Of a stretch of DNA of 64,000 nt, positions 48,327 to 58,506 are shown piece after piece (within the stretch, counting starts at the first letter, position 1; each line of letters begins with the position of its first letter). The stretch is from positions 4,165-68,164 of the forward strand of contig JAPLSQ010000031.1 in assembly GCA_026398535.1 (NCBI GenBank). The letters are read 5' to 3'. Source of the stretch: Candidatus Sumerlaeota bacterium. GTDB lineage: Bacteria > Sumerlaeota > Sumerlaeia > Sumerlaeales > Sumerlaeaceae. The notes below the pieces were generated by a model. That model searched no databases. It saw only the letters and a list, made by a program, of their open reading frames with translations, and was not told the origin of the DNA. Position numbers and translations under genes: made by a program.

Positions 48327-51047
48327 TTAGTCCGATTGTCTTGAGATTTCATTGATGATGCCCTGTGCTTTTAATGCGGCGGCAGCATAATCCGAATCTT
48401 GGTAGAGAGCCATGGACTCCTTGAAATGGCGCTTGAGATCATCGAGACGCGGATCACTTGCATGATCGCGCTGCCGTTCACACCACAATTTATAGGCCAC
48501 ACTCAGTTTGTTTTGAGCCGCGCGCATCTTCCGAATGCGGTCCTTGATTGACTGTGCATCGGTGTGGCCAATTTTAATACGCTGGTATTCGCAGGGTCCC
48601 AGTGTCAGCCTTATGCCGGCTTCCATTTGACGCCGGTCCATGGTGCGCGCTGAAGCCTGCCCGTCCGCCCCCATGATGGTGACATCATATTTCCCTTCGA
48701 TCAGTTTCTTGAATAATATGTCCGCTGTCTTTGGATTTGCCGTGGGATTAAATGCGTAAAAATTGCGTTCCGCTGATGAAGCCGCCTCTTGGAAACCTTC
48801 GAGCAGATCGAGGTTTAACACCATGATGTCGGGATCATTGCATTCGGCCATGGCTTCGAACAGGAGGTAATTCCACAGCGATATCTGCGACATGTAAATG
48901 GCGCGTCCCATGCCGCCATGATCGCCTCCACGCTCAGGCATGCAGAAATTTTCAATCGATATATAATCAGCAGGATTGTCGACAAGTTCCTTGCTCGTGA
49001 TGGTTTCCCCATGAAAAACGGGCGGAAAAAACCAGAAGCTGTTCAACCGCATTGTGTTGAACAGGCGCATGAGGAGTTGAATGGGCGCGCGCGGATTGTC
49101 TCCCCTGAGCATGACCGTCATGGGCAGGTATGCCTCAATCGTTTCCCATGGAGCGGCGCCAAGATAACTGACATATGCCTGGAAGAGTCCCGCATTTTTC
49201 AGTATTTTGTCCTTCGGATCCGTCTCAAGCGCGCTTTCATACCAGAATGTCGCGCGCAGAAGGCTGTTGAGGAAATCGCGTGAATAATGCAGAAACTTCC
49301 CGTCACCGGTCAGCTCGTATATTTTCTGTCCCGCAGCAATCCCGTAACTGTTTCCGAATATCTCGGTGATCGGGAAATCAACCGGATCGGTGTAAGTGAT
49401 TTCATAGTGCGTATTTTTCACGGAGTAAGTCATGTTGCCGGATAGCAAGGTATCCAGCGACCTTTTGGCTTCTTCCAGGAATGTAGTGTCGCCCGTCATT
49501 TCGTAGGCCTTTGCCATCAGCCATGCATAAGAGCCGTTCTGCCACGGCTCATAGACGATGCCCAGCTCTTTGACATCCTGCTGGATGACGTTCTGTTTTG
49601 AATATGGATCGAACCACTGGGAAAAAACGTAATTTACATTGTGCGCCAGCTCGATTTCAGCGGGAATGGCCATAAGAAAGTGGCCGGCCACGGCAGGATT
49701 AAAATCTTCGGGGGCGAGGATGTCGTGGAGTTTGAGCGTCTCGATGGCGAATGTGTAATGTTGCCAAGGCATTTCAAACTCGCCTATCTTGTTAAACTGC
49801 CTGATGCCATAACGTATCATCCGTGCTTTGGGATCATAGAACAGGGGATACCCGGTTGCTTTGCGGCGCAGGAATTCCCGCTGCGCGGGATCGCTATCAA
49901 GGCGTTCGATGGCAGCCCATGGCGCCACATAGTTGTTGCAGGTGGAGAAGTCGTATAAATCAGTTGCTCTCTTGCGGAACAGGGCGGGGTAGGCGCCTGA
50001 TTTGAGAGCATAATCGGGGCTGATGCGAATGACACTCACCGGCGTGGTCAAACCATCATCCCAAGGCGGCGCCACTTCGACATCATCCCATACAGCGCCA
50101 GGATTGCCCCCTGTATCCTTGACCATGAGATTGCTGATCATCTTTTTCGCGAAGTATGTCCAATTGGTCGGCCCACCCTTGTGATTGACGGGCAAGGACG
50201 AGTGAGCAGGATGGCAACCGCCAAATACATCAACCATCCGGTCGAGAGCCTGAAGACGAGTGGGTTTTTCAGGCCGACTGGCCGCATACAAATAATACTC
50301 CGCCATGACACGATCACCGGAGGGAACCGGGTTGCTTGTAATTTCCAAGGCCCACAGTCCGAGTCCCGACCTGCCATCACGTTGCGCTGACTGCACGCGA
50401 TATGCCCGGTTGAAGCGGTTCTTGCCCATCCAGGTAAGTTGTGACATCTGCGCGAAGAAAGCTGCCTCTTTGCCATCGATCCAGATATACGCGGCGGGGA
50501 AACCGTTGGCCCATCCATTCACGTCGGCTCCGGTGTAAATATTGCCCGGTCCTTGGTTGACGGCCGCATCCACAGACGGCCTGTTCATCCACAACACAGC
50601 AGATGGCTGGGGAGTATTTATGGATAAAGGCGAGGTCAAATGGCATGTGACTGTAACATGAATGAGCGGATTGCCGCTCATTGCTTCAACAAGCGCATCC
50701 CATTTGTACCCCAAGCGTTCATGCTGCCCGTAGAGCATAACCGCTACACGTGTCGTGTTGTTTTCAACAACTGTGTGCGATCGGGGATACAGGTCGAAAT
50801 TCGGTCCGCTGAGCAGAGGCCCGCCACCGTCAAACAAGGGTTCCCATCGATCATGGTTGCGGATGAATGTGTATAGTCCGAGCCCTTGGGTTGTTGAATC
50901 TGCCGCGATCCCGGTTTGCGCAAGGGAATGACTCGTGCAGGATTGCAGGAAGACGACCTTGTGAAGCTCGTTGGCTATTTCAATGCATTCTGCTGATACC
51001 TTGAGCCAGGGCTTCGCCTGCGGGTGAACATGTTGCATCATGATCAT
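48327..51047 (-). CDS. Uncharacterised protein, paralog C of 8542/11352, without signal peptide
   Basis: Shared motifs GFPAAY.W, YYLY, DFST.N, EMPWQ, DFNPAVAG, YEPW, SRDFLN.LLR, PWET.EA, NSF.FFP; the ORF-track extension to 51392 overlaps the permease. Confidence 0.72.
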   Translation of the reverse strand: MIMMQHVHPQAKPWLKVSAECIEIANELHKVVFLQSCTSHSLAQTGIAADSTTQGLGLYTFIRNHDRWEPLFDGGGPLLSGPNFDLYPRSHTVVENNTTRVAVMLYGQHERLGYKWDALVEAMSGNPLIHVTVTCHLTSPLSINTPQPSAVLWMNRPSVDAAVNQGPGNIYTGADVNGWANGFPAAYIWIDGKEAAFFAQMSQLTWMGKNRFNRAYRVQSAQRDGRSGLGLWALEITSNPVPSGDRVMAEYYLYAASRPEKPTRLQALDRMVDVFGGCHPAHSSLPVNHKGGPTNWTYFAKKMISNLMVKDTGGNPGAVWDDVEVAPPWDDGLTTPVSVIRISPDYALKSGAYPALFRKRATDLYDFSTCNNYVAPWAAIERLDSDPAQREFLRRKATGYPLFYDPKARMIRYGIRQFNKIGEFEMPWQHYTFAIETLKLHDILAPEDFNPAVAGHFLMAIPAEIELAHNVNYVFSQWFDPYSKQNVIQQDVKELGIVYEPWQNGSYAWLMAKAYEMTGDTTFLEEAKRSLDTLLSGNMTYSVKNTHYEITYTDPVDFPITEIFGNSYGIAAGQKIYELTGDGKFLHYSRDFLNSLLRATFWYESALETDPKDKILKNAGLFQAYVSYLGAAPWETIEAYLPMTVMLRGDNPRAPIQLLMRLFNTMRLNSFWFFPPVFHGETITSKELVDNPADYISIENFCMPERGGDHGGMGRAIYMSQISLWNYLLFEAMAECNDPDIMVLNLDLLEGFQEAASSAERNFYAFNPTANPKTADILFKKLIEGKYDVTIMGADGQASARTMDRRQMEAGIRLTLGPCEYQRIKIGHTDAQSIKDRIRKMRAAQNKLSVAYKLWCERQRDHASDPRLDDLKRHFKESMALYQDSDYAAAALKAQGIINEISRQSD

Positions 51048-51115
51048 AACCGTCCAGAAACATAATGTCAGCAATGGATGCCGATGATACACGGTAAGCG
51101 CTGTGTGACAGATTC

Positions 51116-52000
51116 TCAAATTCCCGACAACCCCGACAGTTTGATGCCTTCGACGTAATATCGCTGGTTGAAGAGAAAAATGACGATGATCGGGATGAGC
51201 ATCATGACAGACCCGGCCATGAGCAGCGGCCAATCGGTGCCATGCATGCCCTGGAATGTGGAAAGACCGACCATTACGGTGCGCATCTGTTCGCTGTTTG
51301 TGATGATCAGCGGCCAGAGAAAATCCTTCCACACACCAAGGAAGACAAACGTGGTGAGCGTGGCGAGCGCGGCCTTTGACAGGGGCAGGCAAATGCGATA
51401 ATAAATTTTGAACAGCGATGCGCCGTCGATTTTTGCGGCTTCCTCAAGCTCCACCGGTAATCCCATGAAAAATTGACGAAGCATGAATGTGCCATATGCT
51501 GAGAACATGCCCGGCACAATCAGGGCGAAATAGGAATCGACGCCGATGACCTTGCCGAAATACTGGTTGCAGATGTAGATCTCGGCGTCACTTATCCTGC
51601 CAAGCCAACTGATCAGTATGAAGACAGGGATCATCGTGACAGCGCCCGGAATCATCATCGTGGCGAGATAACCGAAAAACAGTTTGTCCCGGAGTGGGAA
51701 GTTCAGACGGGCGAATGAGTATGCCGCAAGCGAGCTTGTGATGATCTGTCCCGCCGTCACAAAGGCAACAATCAGGACGGTGTTCAACACAAACCGCCCG
51801 AATGGCAGCGCTTTCCATGCGGAAATATAGTTCGACCAAACGATGGGCGAGGGGATGAGCTGTTCAAAGAAGCCGGACTGGGCAAACACCTTGGACGCAT
51901 GCGTCAATGATGTTGCCAGCATCCACAGAAAAGGCAGTGTCATTGCGATGCCAACAACGGCAAGTATGACATACGTTGCGGTGTGACCAATGATTTTCAT
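51116..52000 (-). CDS. Carbohydrate ABC transporter permease (CUT1, MalG-like)
   Basis: PFLWM..TS, AAYSFAR, LRQFF..LP.ELEEAAKIDGAS, W.DFLWPL, QRYYVEGI. Confidence 0.92.
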   Translation of the reverse strand: MKIIGHTATYVILAVVGIAMTLPFLWMLATSLTHASKVFAQSGFFEQLIPSPIVWSNYISAWKALPFGRFVLNTVLIVAFVTAGQIITSSLAAYSFARLNFPLRDKLFFGYLATMMIPGAVTMIPVFILISWLGRISDAEIYICNQYFGKVIGVDSYFALIVPGMFSAYGTFMLRQFFMGLPVELEEAAKIDGASLFKIYYRICLPLSKAALATLTTFVFLGVWKDFLWPLIITNSEQMRTVMVGLSTFQGMHGTDWPLLMAGSVMMLIPIIVIFLFNQRYYVEGIKLSGLSGI

Positions 52001-52068
52001 GAGAATTCGGTAATGAATTCTTCTGTGAAGGGGGGGCTGTTTGGTCTGATCAAGCATTGTTCGTAAGC

Positions 52069-53028
52069 TCAGTAATAATGTACCCTGCGTCCTCCGAACT
52101 TCCAATTGAGCAGCGTCGCCGCGAAGACAAAGATGAAGAGTATCCATGCCAGCGCCGAAGCGTAGCCCATGTAATATTGCTCAAAGGCCTTTTGGTAGAT
52201 GTAGTAGGCGATGGTGGTGCTTGAACCGGCCGGGCCGCCGCGCGTGAGAACATAAAGGGAATCGAAACCGCCCTGGAATGCGCCAATCAGGCTCATTGTG
52301 ACGATGAAGAATGTTGTTGAGGAGAGCATGGGCCAGGTGATGTTGCGGAACTTCTGCCAGTTGGAAGCGCCGTCGATGTCAGCAGCTTCGTAAAGATGCG
52401 GGGGAATGCCCTGAAGTCCCGCAAGGTAAAGCAGCATATTGTAGCCGCCAATAGAGGTCCAGAATCCCATGAAAATAAGGGCGGGCTTGACCCACAGCGG
52501 TGAGCCAAGCCAGTTGGGGCCATTGATGCCAACCACGGAGAGAAGCTGGTTGAGGAGGCCAAAATCAGGATTCAGCAGCCAGCGCCACAACTGGTACATC
52601 GCGACCCCGGCTGCGATTGTGGGAATGAAATACAGCGCCCGGAAAAAGTTGATGCCCCGCAGCTTGGTGTTCATCACAAGGGCAAGTGCCAGAGATCCGA
52701 ACATGCTGAGAGGGATGCCAATCATGAAAAAGAAGGTGTTCCACAAGTATTGCCAGAACCGGGGATCGTTCGCGTGCAGGTGATTCCAGAAACATAGCCA
52801 GTCCGTGAGCCCGGTCATATTGTCTGTCCGGAGTTTCAGGCCAATGATGGAGGTGAAATTCCTCAGGCCGATAAATTCCGAGTTTTGCGAGTTGAAAATA
52901 TCCCAGTTGGTGAAACTCAGCAGCAGTGAAGCCGCGACAGGAAGCAGTGTGAAAGCAAGAAAGCCAGCCAGGTTGGGCATGATGAATAGATAACCGCATA
53001 ACGCCTCTTTGGTCTTGCGCGAGAACAT
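52069..53028 (-). CDS. Carbohydrate ABC transporter permease (CUT1, MalF-like)
   Basis: FIGLRNF, LAGLQGIP..LYEAADIDGA, ITWP, GGP, MGYASA. Confidence 0.92.
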   Translation of the reverse strand: MFSRKTKEALCGYLFIMPNLAGFLAFTLLPVAASLLLSFTNWDIFNSQNSEFIGLRNFTSIIGLKLRTDNMTGLTDWLCFWNHLHANDPRFWQYLWNTFFFMIGIPLSMFGSLALALVMNTKLRGINFFRALYFIPTIAAGVAMYQLWRWLLNPDFGLLNQLLSVVGINGPNWLGSPLWVKPALIFMGFWTSIGGYNMLLYLAGLQGIPPHLYEAADIDGASNWQKFRNITWPMLSSTTFFIVTMSLIGAFQGGFDSLYVLTRGGPAGSSTTIAYYIYQKAFEQYYMGYASALAWILFIFVFAATLLNWKFGGRRVHYY

Positions 53029-53036
53029 GGGCCTGT

Positions 53037-54320
53037 CTATGGTTCCTCCGAGAGAAGCTGGTTGATATTGTCAGTCATGTTGTCACACGCCTGCTCGGCG
53101 GTCTGTGTGTTCACGTAGACGAATTCAAGCTCGCGTCCGATGATGTCCATCATCTCGGCAATGCGCGGGTGTTTCGGAAACGCGTAACCATAAGGCAGGG
53201 CATCGATGAATGCATGATCATTCTTTGGTGGTTGTGTGGGATCCAGAAAGACGGCTGACTCGGTGAGCGATTTGAGCGCCGGCATGAAAACACCCCGGCG
53301 CGTGAACGCCGTCATGCCTTTTTCACCGGCAAGATACTTTGCCAATTCCCATGCTTGTTTTGGATGGCGGGTTTCACGCGGTATGCAGAAACCGAGTCCG
53401 ACGATGAGTGATGCCCGTTGTTTGCCCTTTGGCAAGGGCGCAACGTCCCACTGGAAATTCTTTATCTGGCGGAAGCGGGGCAGCACATAGCGCCCTGTCG
53501 GGATCATTGCCAGTTTGCCGTTAAGAAACATCTGTTCGGGATCCATGCCGCTCAACAGACTGGCAACTTGTGAACTGGGTGAGACGTGGTATTTGTTGGT
53601 CAAGTCGGTGTAGAAACGCAGTGCCTCTTTGGCTTCGGGAGTGTTCAACAGGCAGCGTTTCCCGTCAGTGGTGAGCATGTCACCGCCATTCTGCCATACC
53701 ATCTCCATCCAGTCGCGGACACAATATCCGAACTGGGTATAACGGCCCTGCGCATCCTGTTTGGTGAGCTTCTGCGCCGCATTGAGCAGAGCCTGCCAAT
53801 CCCATGACTCGTCAGGATATGACACGCCCGCCTTATCGAACAGATCCTGATTGTAATAGAGCACGAATGTGCCGGAATCAGCGGGCAAGCCATAAAGCCT
53901 GCCTTCCCACCGGAAGGCGTCAATAATAACAGGATAAAAGTTGGTGATCGCGAACTCGTGATCTTCCGCTACGTACGGATCGAGGTCAAGGAGGGCGTTG
54001 CGCGCGGCGAAACCCGCAAAGCGTTCCGGCTGCATGTAAAACACATCGGGCGGAGTGCCCGCCGCGATCATTGAAAGAATCTTGCCGTAATAGTCCGAAC
54101 CGCCGGCTGTGAAAATATACTCAATCTTAATGTTGCTGCGCGTGCGTTCGAACTCGGCCAAGATGTCCTTGGTGATTTGTATCTCCTCGGGCACGAGGCC
54201 CCAGGTGACATAACGCAGAATGACCCGATCGTCCGAGGGGCGTGTTATTCTGATGCAGCTTGGCAACAGGCACAAGAGCGCCGCCACAGCGGCGCAAGAT
54301 ATGGCCTTGGGCAAGATCAC
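53037..54320 (-). CDS. Sugar ABC transporter substrate-binding lipoprotein
   Basis: Lipobox-like LLPSC, AGTPPDV, LYYNQDLFDKAG..YPD..WDW, WDVAPLP. Confidence 0.9.
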   Translation of the reverse strand: MILPKAISCAAVAALLCLLPSCIRITRPSDDRVILRYVTWGLVPEEIQITKDILAEFERTRSNIKIEYIFTAGGSDYYGKILSMIAAGTPPDVFYMQPERFAGFAARNALLDLDPYVAEDHEFAITNFYPVIIDAFRWEGRLYGLPADSGTFVLYYNQDLFDKAGVSYPDESWDWQALLNAAQKLTKQDAQGRYTQFGYCVRDWMEMVWQNGGDMLTTDGKRCLLNTPEAKEALRFYTDLTNKYHVSPSSQVASLLSGMDPEQMFLNGKLAMIPTGRYVLPRFRQIKNFQWDVAPLPKGKQRASLIVGLGFCIPRETRHPKQAWELAKYLAGEKGMTAFTRRGVFMPALKSLTESAVFLDPTQPPKNDHAFIDALPYGYAFPKHPRIAEMMDIIGRELEFVYVNTQTAEQACDNMTDNINQLLSEEP

Positions 54321-55117
54321 CAGATTGTGTAACCGCCATCGATGACGATATCCGTGCCAGTCATGAAACTTGAGGCATCGGACGAAAGATAGAGCGCCAG
54401 ACCGTCGAGGTCCTGTGGAACGCCGATGCGCTCCAAGGGTGTGTCGCGGCGGATGCCGTCCACCAGTTCCGGCATTTCAAAGATGCCCCGGGTCATTTCT
54501 GTTGCCATGTAACCAGGGCTGATGCAGTTCACTCTGACATTGTGCCGCGCCCAGAACGCGGCAAGCGCGCGCGTCAACTGCCTGACGCCAGCCTTTGCGG
54601 CACAATAGGCTGGAATGGCTGTCTGCCTGGTCTCGGGCACATACTCGGGCGGGAAGCGATTCACGATGCCCGCCGACATTGATGCCATGTTGATGATGCT
54701 GCCCCTCTTGCGGGCAATCATGTGCCTTGCCTGGGCCATGCAACAATAATAGACCCCGCTGAGATCAATGCCGATGACTCTTCTCCATATCTGCTCAGGT
54801 GTCGTGTCATCGGGCGCGCCATCGGAAACACCTGCCGCGTTGACGGCAATATCCAGTCCTCCCATGTCTTCGTGGATCGCGCTGATAACCGCGGCAACAT
54901 TCACATGATCGGAGACGTCGATCTGAAACGCGCTCGCATGCCCTCCAGATTTCACAATATCTTCGGCTGTGCGTGCGGCGCCATCAATGTTAATATCAGC
55001 AATGGCTACTTTTGCGCCTGCCCCTGCAAGTGTCCGCGCAATCTGGCGGCTCAAGCCCGATGCTCCGCCCGTTACTACGGCGATGCGGCCTGACAAATTG
55101 AATATATCGAAGCTCAT
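54317..55117 (-). CDS. Short-chain dehydrogenase/reductase (polyol/sugar dehydrogenase-like)
   Basis: TGGASGLS, NAAG, ASMS, YCAAK, VNCISPGY.T, DGGYT. Confidence 0.9.
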   Translation of the reverse strand: MSFDIFNLSGRIAVVTGGASGLSRQIARTLAGAGAKVAIADINIDGAARTAEDIVKSGGHASAFQIDVSDHVNVAAVISAIHEDMGGLDIAVNAAGVSDGAPDDTTPEQIWRRVIGIDLSGVYYCCMAQARHMIARKRGSIINMASMSAGIVNRFPPEYVPETRQTAIPAYCAAKAGVRQLTRALAAFWARHNVRVNCISPGYMATEMTRGIFEMPELVDGIRRDTPLERIGVPQDLDGLALYLSSDASSFMTGTDIVIDGGYTIW

Positions 55118-55148
55118 TTAATTGCTCCCATGAAAAAACGGACCAGAA

Positions 55149-55988
55149 TCATGCCTTGAGCCCTGTCATTGTTATTCCCTCGACAAAATATCGCTGAGAA
55201 AAGAAAAAGACAACGATCAGCGGAATGATCACGATGGCCGACGCCGCCATCATCAGCTCCCATTGAACGCCCCGAACACCGATTGTCTTGGATAAAAAGC
55301 AGAAAAGCGCAAGGGGCAGTGTGTATAGTTGTTGATCGTGAACGAACAGGAGAGGCGTCCACAAATCATTCCATGATCCCATGAATGTGAAGACGATGAC
55401 AGTGAGAATTGCCGGCTTGGACAATGCCACAAACACGCGGAAGATGATGGCCCATTCGGAAGCCCCGTCGATCCTGGCCGAATCCACATAATCCTGGGGG
55501 ATTGAGGCAAAAAACTGCCGCAGAAGGAAGATCGCGAACACATTGACGCCAAGCCACGCAGGCACAAACATCGGGTAAAGCGTGTTGATCCATCCGAAGG
55601 ACACATACATCCTGAAGACAGGTATCACAGTCACCTGCGCCGGCAGCATCATCGTGGAAAGCAGCAGTATGAAAAACGCCTCTTTGCCTTTTGCCCGCAA
55701 TCTTGCGAAAGCATAGGCAGCCATCGCGGAGGAGAGGAATGTGCCCGTAATTGCCAGGATCACAACAACAAGCGAGTTGCGCAGATACAGGGCGAAATCA
55801 AATGAGGTCAGCGCCTCCACATAGTTGCTCCACATGGGTTTCTGGGGAAGCCAGACTGGCGGCTCCCGATAAACTTCCGTGAAGGTTTTCAATGAGGTGA
55901 GAATCATCCAAGCCAGCGGAATCAGCATGAGCAACGCCCCTGAGGAAAGGCATGCGTGCGCTACTACGGATCGGAAGTGTTGTTTCAT
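55149..55988 (-). CDS. Carbohydrate ABC transporter permease (MalG-like)
   Basis: WMILTSLK, AAYAFAR, LRQFF.SIP...DSARIDGA, QRYFVEGI; ATGA-coupled start at 55988. Confidence 0.9.
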   Translation of the reverse strand: MKQHFRSVVAHACLSSGALLMLIPLAWMILTSLKTFTEVYREPPVWLPQKPMWSNYVEALTSFDFALYLRNSLVVVILAITGTFLSSAMAAYAFARLRAKGKEAFFILLLSTMMLPAQVTVIPVFRMYVSFGWINTLYPMFVPAWLGVNVFAIFLLRQFFASIPQDYVDSARIDGASEWAIIFRVFVALSKPAILTVIVFTFMGSWNDLWTPLLFVHDQQLYTLPLALFCFLSKTIGVRGVQWELMMAASAIVIIPLIVVFFFSQRYFVEGITMTGLKA

Positions 55989-56797
55989 GCTTTGTCCTGG
56001 AATACCCATAAGTGTTTCAGCGAGAAGTTGAGCAGGGTCAGGACAAGAATCAGGAAGAAGAGAAACCACGCCATCGCCGATGCGAGACCCATGTGAAAGT
56101 ATGTGAAGGCGGTGTCGTAAAGATTAAGCACATAAAAGAGCGTGGCGCGCGCGGGTCCTCCCACGACGCCAGGCCCCGCCAATCCGGTAAAGCGGCGGAA
56201 TGCTCCCGCCCCGTCAATCTCCGCAGATTCGTAAAGCGCCCGAGGGATGCCCTGAAGGCCGGCGAGGAAGATAAGCATTGTTCCCCCGAAACTCCATGCG
56301 GCCATGATAACAAGCGCCGGCAGAGCCCAAGTGGTTGAATTCAGCCATGCCGGTCCTTCAATGCCCGCCGCAGCCAGCATGCGGTTCAGGATGCCATATT
56401 TGGGATTAAATATCCAGATCCAGATGATTGCGGACGCTGTCGCTGGCAGGATTGCTGGCAAAAAATATACCGTGCGGTAAAATCCGATGGCGCGCACGCG
56501 CAGGTCAAGCAGGAGCGCCGCCAGCAAGGCGCTGCAAAGGTTCAAAGGCACATACATCAGCGCATAAAGAAGTGTGACCTTTAGCGATATCCAGAAGGTT
56601 GGCTCGAATTGAAACAGAAACAGATAGTTCCGCAACCCGATGAATTGTGGCGGGCTGACAGCATCATATTTAGTGAATGATAAATACAGGCTGGCCAGCA
56701 TGGGGCCGGCAGTCAGTATCAGAAATCCAGCCAGGGCCGGGGTCACAAGCGTCCAGAACCACAGTGTTTCGTGCCGCATGGTGGGCGAACGCATCAA
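55985..56797 (-). CDS. Carbohydrate ABC permease (MalF-like) with an apparent in-frame internal deletion
   Basis: FIGLRNY, LAGLQGIP..LYESAEIDGAG, but only 9 residues between RRF and GGP versus 36 in the 52069 paralog. Confidence 0.8.
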   Translation of the reverse strand: MMRSPTMRHETLWFWTLVTPALAGFLILTAGPMLASLYLSFTKYDAVSPPQFIGLRNYLFLFQFEPTFWISLKVTLLYALMYVPLNLCSALLAALLLDLRVRAIGFYRTVYFLPAILPATASAIIWIWIFNPKYGILNRMLAAAGIEGPAWLNSTTWALPALVIMAAWSFGGTMLIFLAGLQGIPRALYESAEIDGAGAFRRFTGLAGPGVVGGPARATLFYVLNLYDTAFTYFHMGLASAMAWFLFFLILVLTLLNFSLKHLWVFQDKA

Positions 56798-58113
56798 TTC
56801 TGTTTAATATCCTTTCCGAGTGTGGGGATGAATGTGTTTACGGCCTCCGAGGCGCGGCGGGCAGTCATGGCGGGCGTCTGTTTGTCCAGCAGCATTAGAT
56901 CAATCTCAGGCTGGATAACCTTGAGCATGATCTCCACGAAATCCGGCTGGCGGGGCAGTGTGCGTCCGAGTTCCAACGCTTCGTAAACAATCTCGGTGTG
57001 CTGCGGATCCTGTGGCCTTTCGCCAGGCTTCCCGGCAAGCACTGTCTCTTTGGCGATTGATTTGCGCACCGGCAGATAACCTTGTTGCGCATGGCGCCGG
57101 ATGCTTTCCTTCGACACGAGGAATTTAAGAAATTCCCATGCCTCATCCTTGTGCGGGGATGTTTTTGCGATTCCCATAGCGTCGATCGCGTACTCGCCTC
57201 CCTGCGCCTTGGGGCCGCGCGGCAGCACCTGGATGTCCCAGTGAAGACCCTCGATTTTCCTGTAGACAACCCATAACGCGGCATGTCCGCCATAATCCAT
57301 GGCGACGATTCCGCTGGCGAACTCCGGCGGAATCGGGCCGTATCCGGGCGGCGGGGAAACCTTGTAACGATATATCTTGTCGCGGTAGAACGTCAGCCCT
57401 TTGACAGCTTCAGGTGTGTCCAGCGTGCAGCGTGCAAGGTCGGGCGTGAAAAATGTTCCGCCGGCCTGCTCGACGAAGATGCCCCATTCGCCCCACCATC
57501 CCCCTGCGATGTTGCTGCCCCATTGCGTGACTTTTCCAGATGCATCCTTCAGTGTCAGGGTTTTCGCGGCTTTGATGTAATCATCCCATGTCCACTGCCT
57601 TGTGGGATAGGGCAACCCGGCCTTGTCGAACAGATTCTTGTTATAGTAGAGAAGATCGACCGTGAAATATCGCGGCATGTAATAGTATCGCCCCTGGTGT
57701 CTGCATCCCTCGATAAGTTGCGGGTAAAAATCAGCCAGTTCCATTTCCGCCGAATCGCTCTCGACATATGAAGTGATATCCGCAAGCGAGGATAGCATGT
57801 ATGGGGCGAAGACATCGCTGCACCAGAAGACGTCCGGCGCCTGGCCTGCCGCCGAGAGAGTTTTGAGTTTTGTATGGTACTGCCCTCCCGCCACCCACAT
57901 GATATCCACGCGGATGGCGGGATGAGCCTGCTCGAATATCCGCACGAGTTCCTCGAGCATTGGCTTGTTCACGGCGTCGTTTGAAAGCATCCACGTGAGA
58001 GTTGTCTTGTGGTTGTCGTTGTGAGCGCCGTGTGAAAGCGCAAATGCCGCGATAGCGGATATCGCGATGATCACGATACCGCATGTCTGAAGCAGCGGCC
58101 TTGTAAATTTCAC
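56794..58113 (-). CDS. Sugar ABC transporter substrate-binding protein
   Basis: N-terminal hydrophobic anchor, AGQAPDV, LYYNKNLFDKAG..YP..WTWDD, WDIQVLP; start uncertain (GTG 58113 to ATG 58200). Confidence 0.88.
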   Translation of the reverse strand: MKFTRPLLQTCGIVIIAISAIAAFALSHGAHNDNHKTTLTWMLSNDAVNKPMLEELVRIFEQAHPAIRVDIMWVAGGQYHTKLKTLSAAGQAPDVFWCSDVFAPYMLSSLADITSYVESDSAEMELADFYPQLIEGCRHQGRYYYMPRYFTVDLLYYNKNLFDKAGLPYPTRQWTWDDYIKAAKTLTLKDASGKVTQWGSNIAGGWWGEWGIFVEQAGGTFFTPDLARCTLDTPEAVKGLTFYRDKIYRYKVSPPPGYGPIPPEFASGIVAMDYGGHAALWVVYRKIEGLHWDIQVLPRGPKAQGGEYAIDAMGIAKTSPHKDEAWEFLKFLVSKESIRRHAQQGYLPVRKSIAKETVLAGKPGERPQDPQHTEIVYEALELGRTLPRQPDFVEIMLKVIQPEIDLMLLDKQTPAMTARRASEAVNTFIPTLGKDIKQN

Positions 58114-58203
58114 TTTCAGTCTGCGGGGGCGGTTTCTTGAGATAATGATATTCCGGTCGAAATGAATGCGGAAATTCACTTTCGGCCAGCCATGTAACAT
58201 AAA

Positions 58204-58232
58204 ACCATGTTTATATGATCATGAATCGTCAA
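58204..58232 (-). promoter_or_regulatory. Candidate sigma70 promoter (TTGACG-N17-CATGGT) overlapped by a CAT-N6-ATGA operator-like site
   Basis: Minus strand TTGACG ATTCATGATCATATAAA CATGGT; plus strand ACCAT-GTTTAT-ATGATC. Confidence 0.4.
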
Positions 58233-58506
58233 GAACAAAAATCATGTTTGGGCATATTTTATTCAGGAGCGCGCATCGTCTTCGTTCATACTGTCAATAT
58301 GATTGTCGATATTGGCTTTATTGCGTTAATCCATGTTTTTGAACTGAAATAATGACTAATAAGCATATCTTTATTGTTTTTTCTCTTGACACCGGATTTC
58401 TCTTCCTGCAATAAAGGCGCCAAGAATCAATTATAAAATCCGATTTTGCCATGCCGTTTTTAGTCAAAAGGATGGTGGCATCACGGAATTCAGAGGTCAT
58501 GAATCT

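Noticed and set aside
51048..51392. N-terminal extension of paralog C
   Set aside because: Overlaps the upstream permease in another frame; homology to A and B begins only after about 51047
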